From: Macrostomum lignano | Taxonomy: Eukaryota | Length of the DNA: 64,000 bases | Direction of reading: 5' to 3' | NCBI GenBank assembly: GCA_002269645.1 | Contig: NIVC01001151.1 | Coordinates: 124,001-188,000 of the forward strand | The notes under the pieces: generated by a model | What the model saw: the letters and a program-made list of their open reading frames with translations, nothing else | Databases searched by the model: none | What the model was told of the DNA's origin: nothing | Translations under genes and position numbers: made by a program | Shown here: piece after piece, positions 14,701-24,369 of the stretch | Position numbering within the stretch: the first letter of the stretch is position 1 | How the letters are laid out: the number at the start of each line of letters is the position of its first letter

Positions 14701-17700
14701 GTCATTAGAGTCGCGCCAGAATCACTTGCGTCGCCTCCAGAGTCACTAGAGTCGCGCCAGAATCACTTGCGTCGCCCCCAGAGTCATTAGAGTCGCGCCA
14801 GAATCACTTGCGTCGCCTCCAGAGTCATTAGAGTCGCGCCAGAATCACTTGCGTCGCCTCCAGAGTCACTAGAGTCGCGCCAGAATCACTTGCGTCGCCT
14901 CCAGAGTCACTAGAGTCGCGCCAGAATCACTTGCGTCACCCCAAAGTCACTAGAGTCGCGCCAGAATCACTTGCGTCGCCCCAGAGTCACTAGAGTCGCG
15001 CCAGAATCACTTGCGTCGCCTCCAGAGTCACTAGAGTCGCGCCAGAATCACTTGCGTCACCCCAAAGTCACTAGAGTCGCGCCAGAATCACTTGCGTCGC
15101 CCCAGAGTCACTAGAGTCGCGCCAGAATCACTTGCGTCGCCTCCAGAGTCACTAGAGTCGCGCCAGAATCACTTGCGTCACCCCAAAGTCACTAGAGTCG
15201 CGCCAGAATCACTTGCGTCACCCCAAAGTCACTAGAGTCGCGCCAGAATCACTTGCGTCACCCCAAAGTCACTAGAGTCGCGCCAGAATCACTTGCGTCG
15301 CCCCAGAGTCACTAGAGTCGCGCCAGAATCACTTGCGTCGCCCCAGAGTCACTAGAGTCGCGCCAGAATCACTTGCGTCACCCCAGAATCGTTTCAGAGT
15401 CGCAGACAATAAAACGCTTCAAAGTAATTCTGGGGCCACTCTTTGACGACTTTTTGGCGACTTGTACCGTGACATCTCGTCACTTTAGAGGCCGGTGATA
15501 GAGATTGATATTCCGGTGATCGGAATTGAGGTTCCGGTAATAGAAATTGAGATACTGGTGATAGAGATGGAAATACCTATGATGGAGACTAAGCTATCTA
15601 TGGTAGGGTTTTAAATGCCAATGCCGATCACATGGAAAACATGCTGTGCTACTTAGCACTAAAACTCGCCAGCTCAATAATCCCCATTATAAATGCGCCA
15701 TTACCCAACCTCAGGCCTGCTCAATACTGAGCAGACGCAGCCCATGCGGCAGATCATCAGCCGGCGGCTGCACCGAGTGCGCCAGCTCAGTTGGCGGCTT
15801 CGAGTCCGGCAGTCTGGGCTGCGCCTGGCTCCAGTCTGGGCAGCAGAGCGGCGGCTTCTGCCTGCCAGCCGCCTTCATCGAGCCGCTGTGTCCAGACGGA
15901 GCCTGCGGCAAATTTGCATTGAAGTCTTCGCCGCCTCTGATTGGCTCGGCCGCCTGTCCGGCTTTGAACGGCACCGGTTGCGACAATCAGACCTACTGCA
16001 AATCCTGCCTGGCCCGCTGCCGCGGCCGTGGCTGGTGCGCCGACTCTCCGGCAGGCAGCGGCGCCGGCCGGTGTCTTGTCGGTGGCTTCGCCAAGCCGTC
16101 GGCGGGAGAGGCTGCCTGCGCCTCGCCATCCAGCTGGCATTTCGACGCCTGTCCGCCTGAGAACGAGTGTGAGAATGGGCATCATAATTGCGATCTGGAG
16201 CGGCAGGTTTGCGTTGACCAGATTGACGGGTTCAGGTGCGAATGTCGGCCTGGTTACAATTGGAATAATGCGACTCAAATCTGCGAGCCTGTGTGCACCA
16301 GGGGGTGCAATGCGACTCAAGTGAGCTGGATTGGCAATATTATTATTCCTTATCTCACCTGTTTTTTAGCTGGGCCCTTGTCTCACCATTCCTAATTATC
16401 TCACCTGTGTTTTAGCTGGGCCCTTATCTCACCATTCCTAATTATCTCACCTGTGTTTTAGCTGGGCCCTTATCTCACCATTCCTAATTATCTCACCTGT
16501 GTTTTAACTGGACCCTTATCTCAGCATTCCTAATTATCTCACCTGTGTTTTAGCTGGGCCCTTATCTCACCATTCCTAATTATCTCACCTGTGTTTTAAC
16601 TGGACCCTTATCTCAGCATTCCTAATTATCTCACCTGTGTTTTAACTGGACCCTTATCTCAGCATTCCTAATTATCTCACCTGTGTTTTAACTGGACCCT
16701 TATCTCATCATTCCTAATTATCTCACCTGTGTTTTAGCTGGGCCCTTGTCTCACAAATTCCTAATTATCTCACCTGTGTTTTAGCTGGGCCCTTATCTCA
16801 CCATTCCTAATTATCTCACCTGTTTTAGCCGGGCCCTTATCTTACCATTCCTAATTATCTCACCTGTGTTTTAGCTGGGCCCTTATCTCACCATTCCTAA
16901 TTATCTCACCTGTTTTAGCTGGGCCCTTATCTCAGCATTCCTAATTATCTCACCTGTTTTAGCTGGGCCCTTATCTCACCATTCCTAATTATCTCACCTG
17001 TTTTAGCTGGGCCCTTATCTTACCGTTCTCACCCGTAGCTTAATTAGGGGTAATTATCTCCCAGTTAACCTTGTCTCACCTGCGCTTCCTTTCAAATTTA
17101 AACACACTGGGGTCATTATCTCCCTCCATAATCGCAGGGCCGTTGCACCAAGCCGGACGTTTGTACCTGCCTATTCGGTTACACCGGCGACACCTGCGAC
17201 GTTGCCTGCGACTGCAACGGTCACTCCAACTGCGCCGGTCCGTCGCCCGCCGACCGAGCCACCTGCCTGTCCTGCCACAACAACACCCGCGGCAGCCACT
17301 GCCAGTTCTGCTCTCCGCTGCACGCCGGGGACGCCGCCTCTGGCCAGGCGTGCCTGCCCTGCAGCCAGGTGTGCAACGGGCACTCGCGGGTGTGCCTGAA
17401 TGAAACTGACAGATTGAAGCACGCGAATTGGCCTGATAGATTTCCTATTGATGGCAGCAACTTCAGCTGGATCCAACAGGGACCGTCTATTGACGATGCC
17501 GTCTGCATGGGCTGCGATGGTAATGAGCTTTGAAATTTTTGTGTCTATCTGCCCATCTTATCGTGTCTATCTACCTACGCTCGTACTAATCTACCGTATC
17601 TACTTAGCAATCTGCCATATCTACCTACTAATCTACCGTACGTAGCTACTTATCTACTATGTCTACATACTAATCTGCCGTGTCTGCCTACTAATCTAGC

Positions 17701-18440
17701 ATATCTACCTAATAAGCTATCGTATGTACTGTTTTTTCTTAATAATCCACCGTATCTACATCAACCGTATCTACCTACTAATCTTCCACATCTGCCTACT
17801 AATCTACCGTACCTAGCTACTTATCTACTATATCTACTTACTAATCGACCATAACTACTAGCTCGTAATCTACCGTATCTACCTAATAATCTACCCTGTC
17901 TACCTATTTATCTACCATATCTTCTTACTTAGTCTACGTTGTCTACCTGCTAATCTACCCTATCCGACTACTTATTTACCATATCTACCTACCAATCTAC
18001 CACATCTACATGTACCTACTCCACCTCCAAAATCCGCAGGCAACACTGAGGGCAGCCGCTGCGAGCAGTGCAGCCGGGGCAACTACCGGCTCGGCTTCAA
18101 CCGCCTGCTGCCCTGCAAGCCCTGCCAGTGCAACGGGCACTCGGATTTCTGCCTGCCGGACACGGGGCAGGGCTGCGACTGCCAGAACAACACCAGAACC
18201 AGCTGCACAGACCGCGACCAGCGCTGCCGCGAGCAGCAGTGCGCCGTGTGCGCGGATTTCTATTCGGGCAAGCCTACGGACGGCCGGCAGTGCTACCACA
18301 AGATGGGCGTCAACAACTACTTCTGCCTGGACTACCGGCACAGCCAGAAGGCCTGCGGAGTGCCCGACCCGCCCGCCACTCTGCCTACTGGGCGGACCCT
18401 CTTCTTCCAGGTTGAGGCTGTCTGTCTGTCTGTCTGTCTA

Positions 18441-18489
<49 letters not shown>

Positions 18490-18530
18490 ATGTATGTATG
18501 TCTGTCTGTCTGTCTGTCTGTCTGTATGTA

Positions 18531-18569
<39 letters not shown>

Positions 18570-18666
18570 ATGTATGTCTGTTTGTCTGTCTGTATGTATG
18601 TCTGTCTGTCTGTCTGTATGTATGTCTGTCTGTCTGTCTGTCTGTATGTCTGTCTGTCTGTATGTA

Positions 18667-18731
<65 letters not shown>

Positions 18732-19893
18732 TAGTGTCTGTCTGTCCGTCTGTCTGTCTGTCTGTCAGCAGACAGCTAAGCCAACTGCCCCCCCCCTTTC
18801 CCAGGTGAACCCCGGCTTCCTCAACATCGACGTCCGCCTATTCGTAGACATCATTCGCGGCGCCGCCGACCTCTACCTGGCGCTGTCGGACCGCACATTC
18901 GTGGTGAACAACACCGTAGACGCCAATGGCTTCTGGTCCAATCTGGTCAGCATCGATTATCAAGCAGCGGCAACGTTGCCAAGGCAACCAGACGGTCGAA
19001 GGCGCCGTCGCAGCGTCGTCAGCGACCCGCCGGTCCTGTCGGATCGAGTCCTGGAAGTGAGCGCCAACCCCTACCTGACGTACGTGAGCCTGCCGGTGTC
19101 GGGCAGCATCCTGATTGTGAGAAATGCCACCAGGCGCGTCCTCATCACCATTCCGTGCCAGAGCTACGAGTTCTCGCTGAACAAATTCTACCTGGTAGTG
19201 CAGGGAGTCTCCACAGACGTCAACGTGTCGGGCATTGTGTTCTTCCGTCAGGACCAGAACCACATCAACCTGCTGGTGTTCTTCTCCATGTTCTTCTCCT
19301 GCTTCTTCCTCCTGTTCGGCCTGGTTGTGCTGGCTTGGAAGGCTCGCCAGGCGCACAGCCGGCGGGTTGCTAGGCAACGCAGGGAACGCGAGCGACAGTC
19401 TATGGCGGCAAGGCCGTTCGGTAGGGTGAGACTGATTCTACCGTGTGCCACTACTGACAGTAGCCATGCGGGGCTGGTGAACCCGGTGTGCCTGGAGCCG
19501 CTGGTGACCGGAGCTGCTGGCAAAGCTGGCCAGGCCGCGGCCCTGTGCACTGTGCTCATCCAGCTGCCCCATCCCCAGCCTGGCGGCTCCTTCTGTCTCG
19601 GATCGGCGCTCGTGTTGACCCGCGGTCTGGCGCCGTTTTTGCACGGCAGAGCGGCGCCGCCTCATCAGCAAACTCATCATCAGCCTCATCATCAGCCTCA
19701 TCAGCAGCCTCAGCAGACTCACCAGCAGCCCGGCCTCCCGCGGGTTGTCATCGCCGACAATGCGGAAGCTGCCGAGGCCGCCGCCAACGCCGAGATTGTT
19801 GTTGAAGATGGCGAGCGCGACGAGGCTGTCGAGCTTGCGACACCAAGCGGCGATGTCCATCGAAGGACCGGTCAGGCCACATCTAATTGTTGA
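468..19893 (+). CDS. MEGF8: Multiple EGF-like domains protein 8 (MEGF8) orthologue, 5'-incomplete, 14 exons in window, ~2,680 codons
   Basis: Exons 468-1553, 2508-2656, 2907-3335, 3926-4180, 4973-5167, 5715-6041, 7364-7814, 8464-10494, 11371-11624, 12142-12564, 15715-16320, 17138-17519, 18040-18410, 18805-19893. All junctions are GT-AG and phase-consistent. Domain order is EGF, kelch, PSI, EGF-Ca, laminin-EGF, CUB-like, EGF, kelch, PSI, EGF, laminin-EGF, TM. MEGF8-like motifs: GPSIDDAVC and [22 protein letters not shown]...WKARQ...MAARPF. Needs three +1 corrections (~9893, ~10360, ~11485). Confidence 0.92.
1578..2140. repeat. (ATCT)n microsatellite
   Basis: Direct inspection; intronic. Confidence 0.97.
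2508..2656 (+). CDS. MEGF8: MEGF8 exon: kelch repeat
   Basis: catgcag|CT phase 1; IVFAGGFSG; CGG|gtgagt phase 0. Confidence 0.85.
2670..2826. repeat. (TCTG)n/(TG)n microsatellite
   Basis: Direct inspection. Confidence 0.95.
2907..3335 (+). CDS. MEGF8: MEGF8 exon: PSI-like Cys-rich
   Basis: C-tract ccccag|AAC; [22 protein letters not shown]; GAT|gtgagt. Confidence 0.85.
3475..3860. repeat. 25-bp minisatellite GTATTGACCTTCATAGGATTCCTCA, ~15 copies
   Basis: Direct inspection. Confidence 0.93.
3926..4180 (+). CDS. MEGF8: MEGF8 exon
   Basis: ttgcag|ATC phase 0; open frame; GTG|gtgagt. Confidence 0.75.
4401..4751 (+). mobile_element. tRNA-derived SINE, copy 1
   Basis: GGGGGCCGTAGCCCAGCGGTAG (A-box-like), GGCTCGACTCC (B-box-like), core shared with 7035-7330, AATAAAAAAAA tail. 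Confidence 0.65.
4973..5167 (+). CDS. MEGF8: MEGF8 exon
   Basis: cacacag|GTC phase 0; GAG|gtgagg. Confidence 0.75.
5215..5665 (-). repeat. 28-bp minisatellite family A, reverse orientation
   Basis: AACTGAGGATCTGGGAGGCTGGCCCAGC is the reverse complement of the arrays at 7830 and 40452. Confidence 0.93.
5715..6041 (+). CDS. MEGF8: MEGF8 exon: PSI repeats
   Basis: ccgcag|GCG; [25 protein letters not shown]; CTG|gtgagg. Confidence 0.88.
6060..6830. repeat. ~60-bp minisatellite TTTAGTATATTGTGACTAGCGCAGTCCCCCCTGCGGGCCGAAATGAAGCGGTTATTGTATA, ~13 copies
   Basis: Direct inspection; units differ mainly in C-run length. Confidence 0.93.
7035..7330 (+). mobile_element. tRNA-derived SINE, diverged copy 2
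   Basis: GGGGGC start, CCTAGTGGTAA, GGCTCTATTCC; shares TGTACATGCCT.ACGAT, AGGGCCGCTGTACAC and GGAATGGGCAG with copy 1. Confidence 0.6.
7364..7814 (+). CDS. MEGF8: MEGF8 exon: PSI + Ca-binding EGF
   Basis: atgcag|GTG; PPVDECALG...[21 protein letters not shown]; G|gtgagt phase 1. Confidence 0.9.
7830..8418 (+). repeat. 28-bp minisatellite family A CAGCCTCCCAGATCCTCAGTTGCTGAGC
   Basis: Direct inspection. Confidence 0.93.
8464..10494 (+). CDS. MEGF8: MEGF8 exon: EGF/laminin-EGF, CUB-like, EGF, second kelch propeller (two apparent -1 frameshifts)
   Basis: ccgcag|GG phase 1; frame changes at ~9893 (or 41-nt intron 9879-9919) and at GGGG 10358-10361; corrected frame reads HGGNASYSG...[10 protein letters not shown]...VQ|gtgaga. 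Confidence 0.82.
10525..11325. repeat. 21-bp CCCTACAGAACCATAATTAAT array grading into 20-22-bp CAGATCCCTACAGCACCC(CA)CC array
   Basis: Direct inspection; both share CCCTACAG. Confidence 0.92.
11371..11624 (+). CDS. MEGF8: MEGF8 exon: last kelch blade (apparent -1 frameshift at ~11485)
   Basis: cacccag|GGA phase 0 [10 protein letters not shown]..., then shifts to [14 protein letters not shown]...PASPC; CAG|gtgggt. Confidence 0.75.
11835..12132. repeat. ~24-bp minisatellite CCAAGCGCCATAATACCCCCAAAA
   Basis: Direct inspection. Confidence 0.9.
12142..12564 (+). CDS. MEGF8: MEGF8 exon: PSI-like Cys-rich (no ATG, absent from ORF track)
   Basis: cgcgcag|ATC TGC; 141 open codons [10 protein letters not shown]...[12 protein letters not shown]...DVG|gtacgt. 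Confidence 0.85.
12617..13553. repeat. 21-bp minisatellite GATTGAGATACCGGTGATAGG (resumes degenerate at 15492-15600)
   Basis: Direct inspection. Confidence 0.93.
13554..15491. mobile_element. Foldback/MITE-like non-coding insertion in a 21-bp minisatellite
   Basis: Interrupts the GATTGAGATACCGGTGATAGG array with CCGGT on both sides; motif AGTCGCYAAAAAGTC forward at 13580 and 13734, reversed at 14468 and 15448; internal inverted repeat; internal 40/41-bp array. Confidence 0.55.
14618..15385. repeat. 40/41-bp array AGAGTCGCGCCAGAATCACTTGCGTCGCC(T)CCAGAGTCACT, ~19 copies
   Basis: Direct inspection; inside the 13554-15491 insertion. Confidence 0.93.
15715..16320 (+). CDS. MEGF8: MEGF8 exon: PSI + Ca-binding EGF
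   Basis: cctcag|GCC; [14 protein letters not shown]...[10 protein letters not shown]; CAA|gtgagc. Confidence 0.9.
16350..17040. repeat. 46-bp minisatellite TTATCTCACCTGTGTTTTAGCTGGGCCCTTATCTCACCATTCCTAA
   Basis: Direct inspection. Confidence 0.93.
17138..17519 (+). CDS. MEGF8: MEGF8 exon: EGF + laminin-EGF
   Basis: atcgcag|GGC; [11 protein letters not shown]...CNGHSNC...[14 protein letters not shown]|gtaatg. Confidence 0.9.
17530..18025. repeat. Degenerate ATCTACCTACTAATCTACCGT-type repeat
   Basis: Direct inspection; old, diverged array. Confidence 0.75.
18040..18410 (+). CDS. MEGF8: MEGF8 exon: laminin-EGF
   Basis: ccgcag|GC phase 1; [10 protein letters not shown]...GCDCQNNT...GRQCY...GRTLFFQ|gttgag. 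Confidence 0.9.
18419..18765. repeat. (TCTG)n/(TATG)n microsatellite
   Basis: Direct inspection. Confidence 0.96.
18805..19893 (+). CDS. MEGF8: MEGF8 last exon: juxtamembrane region, TM, cytoplasmic tail
   Basis: ttcccag|GTG; [46 protein letters not shown]; TGA 19891-19893. Confidence 0.92.
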   Translation: MNPGFLNIDVRLFVDIIRGAADLYLALSDRTFVVNNTVDANGFWSNLVSIDYQAAATLPRQPDGRRRRRSVVSDPPVLSDRVLEVSANPYLTYVSLPVSGSILIVRNATRRVLITIPCQSYEFSLNKFYLVVQGVSTDVNVSGIVFFRQDQNHINLLVFFSMFFSCFFLLFGLVVLAWKARQAHSRRVARQRRERERQSMAARPFGRVRLILPCATTDSSHAGLVNPVCLEPLVTGAAGKAGQAAALCTVLIQLPHPQPGGSFCLGSALVLTRGLAPFLHGRAAPPHQQTHHQPHHQPHQQPQQTHQQPGLPRVVIADNAEAAEAAANAEIVVEDGERDEAVELATPSGDVHRRTGQATSNC

Positions 19894-19979
19894 GAAGACT
19901 GAGCTCGAGATGTGCATTTTAGGGACCTTGGAGATATCATTTTGACTTTAAAAAATCCTTATCTAAAATCCTATCTTTA

Positions 19980-20325
19980 ATCCCATCATCACGAACCCGA
20001 ATCCCATCATCCCGATCCCAAATCCCATCATCCCGATCCCAAATCCCATTATCCCGATCCGAAATCCCATCATTCCGATCCCAAATGCCATCATCCCGAT
20101 CCCAAATCCCATCATATCAGTCCCAAATCCCATCATCCCGATCCCAAATCCCATCATATCAGTCCCAAATCCCATCATCCCGATCCCAAATCCCATCATA
20201 TCAGTCCCAAATCCCATCATCCCAATCCCAAATCCCATCATATCGATCCCAAATCCCACCATCCCGATCCCAAATCCCACCATCCCGATCCCAAATCCCA
20301 TCATCCCGATCCCAAATCCCATCAG
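19980..20325. repeat. 21-bp minisatellite CCCGATCCCAAATCCCATCAT
   Basis: Direct inspection; G3 tracts on minus strand. Confidence 0.92.
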
Positions 20326-20724
20326 TCAGGCTATCAAAAGCAAAGCTTTATTTTCACTCAATCGCTCACCCAGTCCAGTCACATTTGCAAAGCAATAAGC
20401 CGCTGTGAAAGCAGTCATATTTTTTAATTTGCCAATTTTGTTAAAGTCTTGTCCTGTCTTTGCTGCAAATCGCTTCGCTCGCTCTGCCGCCGCCCACGCA
20501 CCGCAATTTCAAATTTCAACTCAAATTCTAAGAAAACAAAATTCCTCACTTGATGGCCCAAATTTTTTGTTTTGATTGACTTTTGTATATCCTGTGCACC
20601 TGCTTGTCTTTCAAATTTCAAACTCACAATTGAAAGTTGATCTCACGCTATATTTTGATTTGTTATTTGGGCCAAATTCTGCTGTGGCATATCAGCGTGG
20701 CGTCTTCTGCTTTTTGCTTTCATC

Positions 20725-21395
20725 CTGTGTTCTGTCTGAACTGAATCCGCCTGACTGCCTGCTTTCCTGTGTTTTGTCTGAACTGAATCCGCCTGACTGC
20801 CTGCTTTCCTGTGTTTTGTCTGAACTGAATCCACCTGACTGCCTGCTTTCCTGTGTTTTGTCTGAACTGAATCCGCCTGACTACCTGCTTTCCTGTGTTT
20901 TGTCTGAACTGAATCCACCTGACTGCCTGCTTTCCTGTGTTCTGTCTGAACTGAATCCGCCTGACTGCCTGCTTTCCTGTGTTTTGTCTGAACTGAATCC
21001 ACCTGACTGCCTGCTTTCCTGTGTTTTGTCTGAACTGAATCCGCCTGACTACCTGCTTTCCTGTGTTTTGTCTGAACTGAATCCACCTGACTGCCTGCTT
21101 TCCTGTGTTTTGTCTGAACTGAATCCGCCTGACTGCCTGCTTTCCTGTGTTCTGTCTGAACTGAATCCGCCTGACTGCTTGCTTTCCTGTGTTTTGTCTG
21201 AACTGAATCCGCCTGACTGCCTGCTTTCCTGTGTTCTGTCTGAACTGAATCCGCCTGACTGCCTGCTTTCCTGTGTTTTGTCTGAACTGAATCCGCCTGA
21301 CTGCCTGCTTTCCTGTGTTCTGTCTGAACTGAATCCGCCTGACTGCCTGCTTTCCTGTGTTTTGTCTGAACTGAATCCGCCTGACTGCTTGCTTT
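20725..21395. repeat. 42-bp minisatellite CTGTGTTTTGTCTGAACTGAATCCGCCTGACTGCCTGCTTTC, ~16 copies
   Basis: Direct inspection. Confidence 0.94.
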
Positions 21396-21674
21396 ACTGA
21401 TCACAAAGCCAGAACTTATAAAATTGCAAAGCAAAACTTGTTATCTCACGATTCAAATATTGCTGCACCGATAATGTCAGACGATTTTTAAGCGGGGTTT
21501 TAAGAGAAATGATTGATACTCGTAATTAGGCTGACAAATATTCTGCAGATCTGAATGGCACAAGCGTGTAAAATCATGTGAAATATGTTAATAAATTTAT
21601 TAACTTTTTATGCTTTTTGTTGCTGATTATAACATTTCTGGCTGTGTTAAGGATTTTGTTTAAGGTATTTGTGT

Positions 21675-22345
21675 TGTTCCAGATCCTTCAGGAATAGTTC
21701 ACAATGGTTCCAGATCCTTCAGGAACAGTTAGAATGGTTCCAGATCCTTCAGGAATAGTTCACAATGGTTCCAGATCCTTCAGGAACAGTTCACAATGGT
21801 TCCAGATCCTTCAGGAACAGTTAGAATGGTTCCAGATCCTTCAGGAATAGTTCACAATGGTTCCAGATCCTTCAGGAATAGTTCACAATGGTTCCAGATC
21901 CTTCAGGAATAGTTCACAATGGTTCCAGATCCTTCAGGAACAGTTCACAATGGTTCCAGATCCTTCAGGAATAGTTCACAATGGTTCCAGATCCTTCAGG
22001 AATAGTTCACAATGGTTCCAGATCCTTCAGGAATAGTTCACAATGGTTCCAGATCCTTCAGGAATAGTTCACAATGGTTCCAGATCCTTCAGGAATAGTT
22101 CACAATGGTTCCAGATCCTTCAGGAATAGTTCACAATGGTTCCAGATCCTTCAGGAATAGTTCACAATGGTTCCAGATGCTTCAGGAATAGTTCACAATG
22201 GTTCCAGATCCTTCAGGAACAGTTCACAATGGTTCCAGATCCTTCAGGAATAGTTCACAATGGTTCCAGATCCTTCAGGAACAGTTAGAATGGTTCCACA
22301 TCCTTTAGGAATAGTTGAGAATGGTTCCAGATCCTTCAGGAATAC
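21675..22345. repeat. 31-bp minisatellite GTTCCAGATCCTTCAGGAATAGTTCACAATG
   Basis: Direct inspection; ends ~100 bp before the WRAP73 ATG. Confidence 0.94.
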
Positions 22346-22402
22346 TTCAGAATGGATCAGAATGCCACAGCAACCCCCGACCCCCTGTTGCAGCCAAACC
22401 TC

Positions 22403-22421
22403 AGCCAATCTCCATGGCAAC
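22403..22421 (+). promoter_or_regulatory. CCAAT box + RFX X-box upstream of WRAP73
   Basis: AGCCAATC overlapping ATCTCC-AT-GGCAAC (22408-22421), 31 nt before the ATG of a ciliary gene. Confidence 0.65.
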
Positions 22422-22452
22422 AGCGTCATCCTGACCCCAACCGGCGCATCCG

Positions 22453-22680
22453 ATGAACTTCTCCGAGCTCATCCCTTTCTCAGGCGGCAGTCGCCTGGCC
22501 AGCTTCTCCCCAAGCGGATTTTACCTGGCCGAGGCGGCCCAATTTCGGGCGAACGTGCGCGACAGCAAATCCTTGGAGCTGCTGCAGTCCTTCGCCTGCG
22601 CCGATCAGATCACGGATTTGGCCTGGTCGCCTGACAGCCTGTTTCTGATGTGCGTCATGCGCAAGAGGGCGCTGGTGCAG
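22453..22680 (+). CDS. WRAP73: WRAP73 exon 1
   Basis: ATG 22453; CAG|gtgagg phase 0. Confidence 0.93.
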
Positions 22681-23996
22681 GTGAGGGACTTTGTTATTCG
22701 ATACATATATATCGGCTGTTTGTTTCAAACTAATTCACAAAGTTGTTTTCGATACATATCGGCTGCTTCTTTAAAACTAATTCATTGTTTGTTTTCGATA
22801 CATATCGGCTAATAGCTGCACTATAATGCAGATCTTTTACGGTTACCCAACCCTTCACCGCTCGCCTTCCCAGGTGTGGTCCCTTGAGCACCCGGACTGG
22901 GCTTGCAAAATTGACGAAGGCGTCGCCGGTTTGGTCGCCGCCTGCTGGGCGCCGGACAGTCGGCGAGTGCTGACCACGGCCGACTTTAATCTGCGGGTGA
23001 CTGTCTGGTCGCTGACTGACAAGACGGTGGCTTATTTGAAGCACCCGAAGGCCTGCTCGAAGTATATAGCGTTCAGGTGAGCTCTGGAAAAAATGGCACT
23101 CGGGTCCTAAAAATGGCACTCGGGTCCTAAAAATGGCACTCGGGCCCTAAAAATGGCACTCTGGTTCTAAAAATGGCACTCGGGTCCTAAAATGGTACTC
23201 GGGTTCTAAAAATGGCACTCGGGTCCTAAAAATGGCACTCGGGTCCTAAAATGGTACTCGGGTTCTAAAAATGGCACTCGGGTCCTAAAAATGGCACTCG
23301 GGTCCTAAAAATGGCACTCGGGCCCTAAAAATGGCACTCGGGTTCTCAAATGGCACTCGGATACTAAAAATGGCACTCGGGGCCTAAAATAACACTCGGG
23401 TTTCTACTAAAAACTGGATTGCTGATTTCAGAAGTGGCATCAATGATTTCAGATATGGCATCACTGATTTCAGAAATGGCATCACTGATTTCAGAAATGG
23501 TATCACTGATTTCAGAAATGGCATCACTGATTTCAGAAATGGCATCACTGATTTCAGAAATGGCATCAATGATTTCAGAAATGGCATCACTGATTTCAGA
23601 AATGGCATCACTGATTTCAGAAATGGCATCACTGATTTCAGAAATGGCATCATTGATTTCAGAAATGGCATCTCGGATTTCATTCCGCCTTCCCCATCCC
23701 CAAATCCCCTCAGCTCGGACGGCTGCCTGCTGGCCCTGGCCGAGCGTCGCGGCCTCAAAGACTGCGTCTCCGTGTTCAACTGCGGCGGTGACACCGGCTG
23801 GCAGCTGGTCGCCCATTTCGATGCCGGCACCGAAGACCTGGACGGCCTGGCCTGGTCGCCTGACGCCACTGCTCTGGCCTGCTGGGACGGCTGCCTGCGC
23901 AGTCGGGTGGCGATTTTCTCGCCGACAGGTGCGCGATGGTTATGGTGATGTTGATGATGATGGTGGTGATGATGATGATGATGATGGTGGTGATGG

Positions 23997-24028
<32 letters not shown>

Positions 24029-24112
24029 GTGATGATGATGGTGATGGAGATGGTGACGAAGTTGATGGTAATGATGGCGATAATGATGATGATGATTGTG
24101 ATGGTGATGATA

Positions 24113-24171
<59 letters not shown>

Positions 24172-24194
24172 GATGATAATGATGATGGTGATGT

Positions 24195-24229
<35 letters not shown>

Positions 24230-24253
24230 GTGATGATGATGGTGATGATGATG

Positions 24254-24285
<32 letters not shown>

Positions 24286-24323
24286 GATGATAATGATGAT
24301 GGTGATGTTGATGATGATGATGG

Positions 24324-24369
<46 letters not shown>

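Noticed and set aside
18010-18804. 5' part of the 627-aa ORF as real protein
   Set aside because: The true exon 18040-18410 is in another frame and the rest is a (TCTG)n intron
20576-21434. LLSCVLSELNPPDC / KAGSQADSVQTKHR repeat ORFs
   Set aside because: 42-bp intergenic minisatellite read-through; no independent evidence of coding
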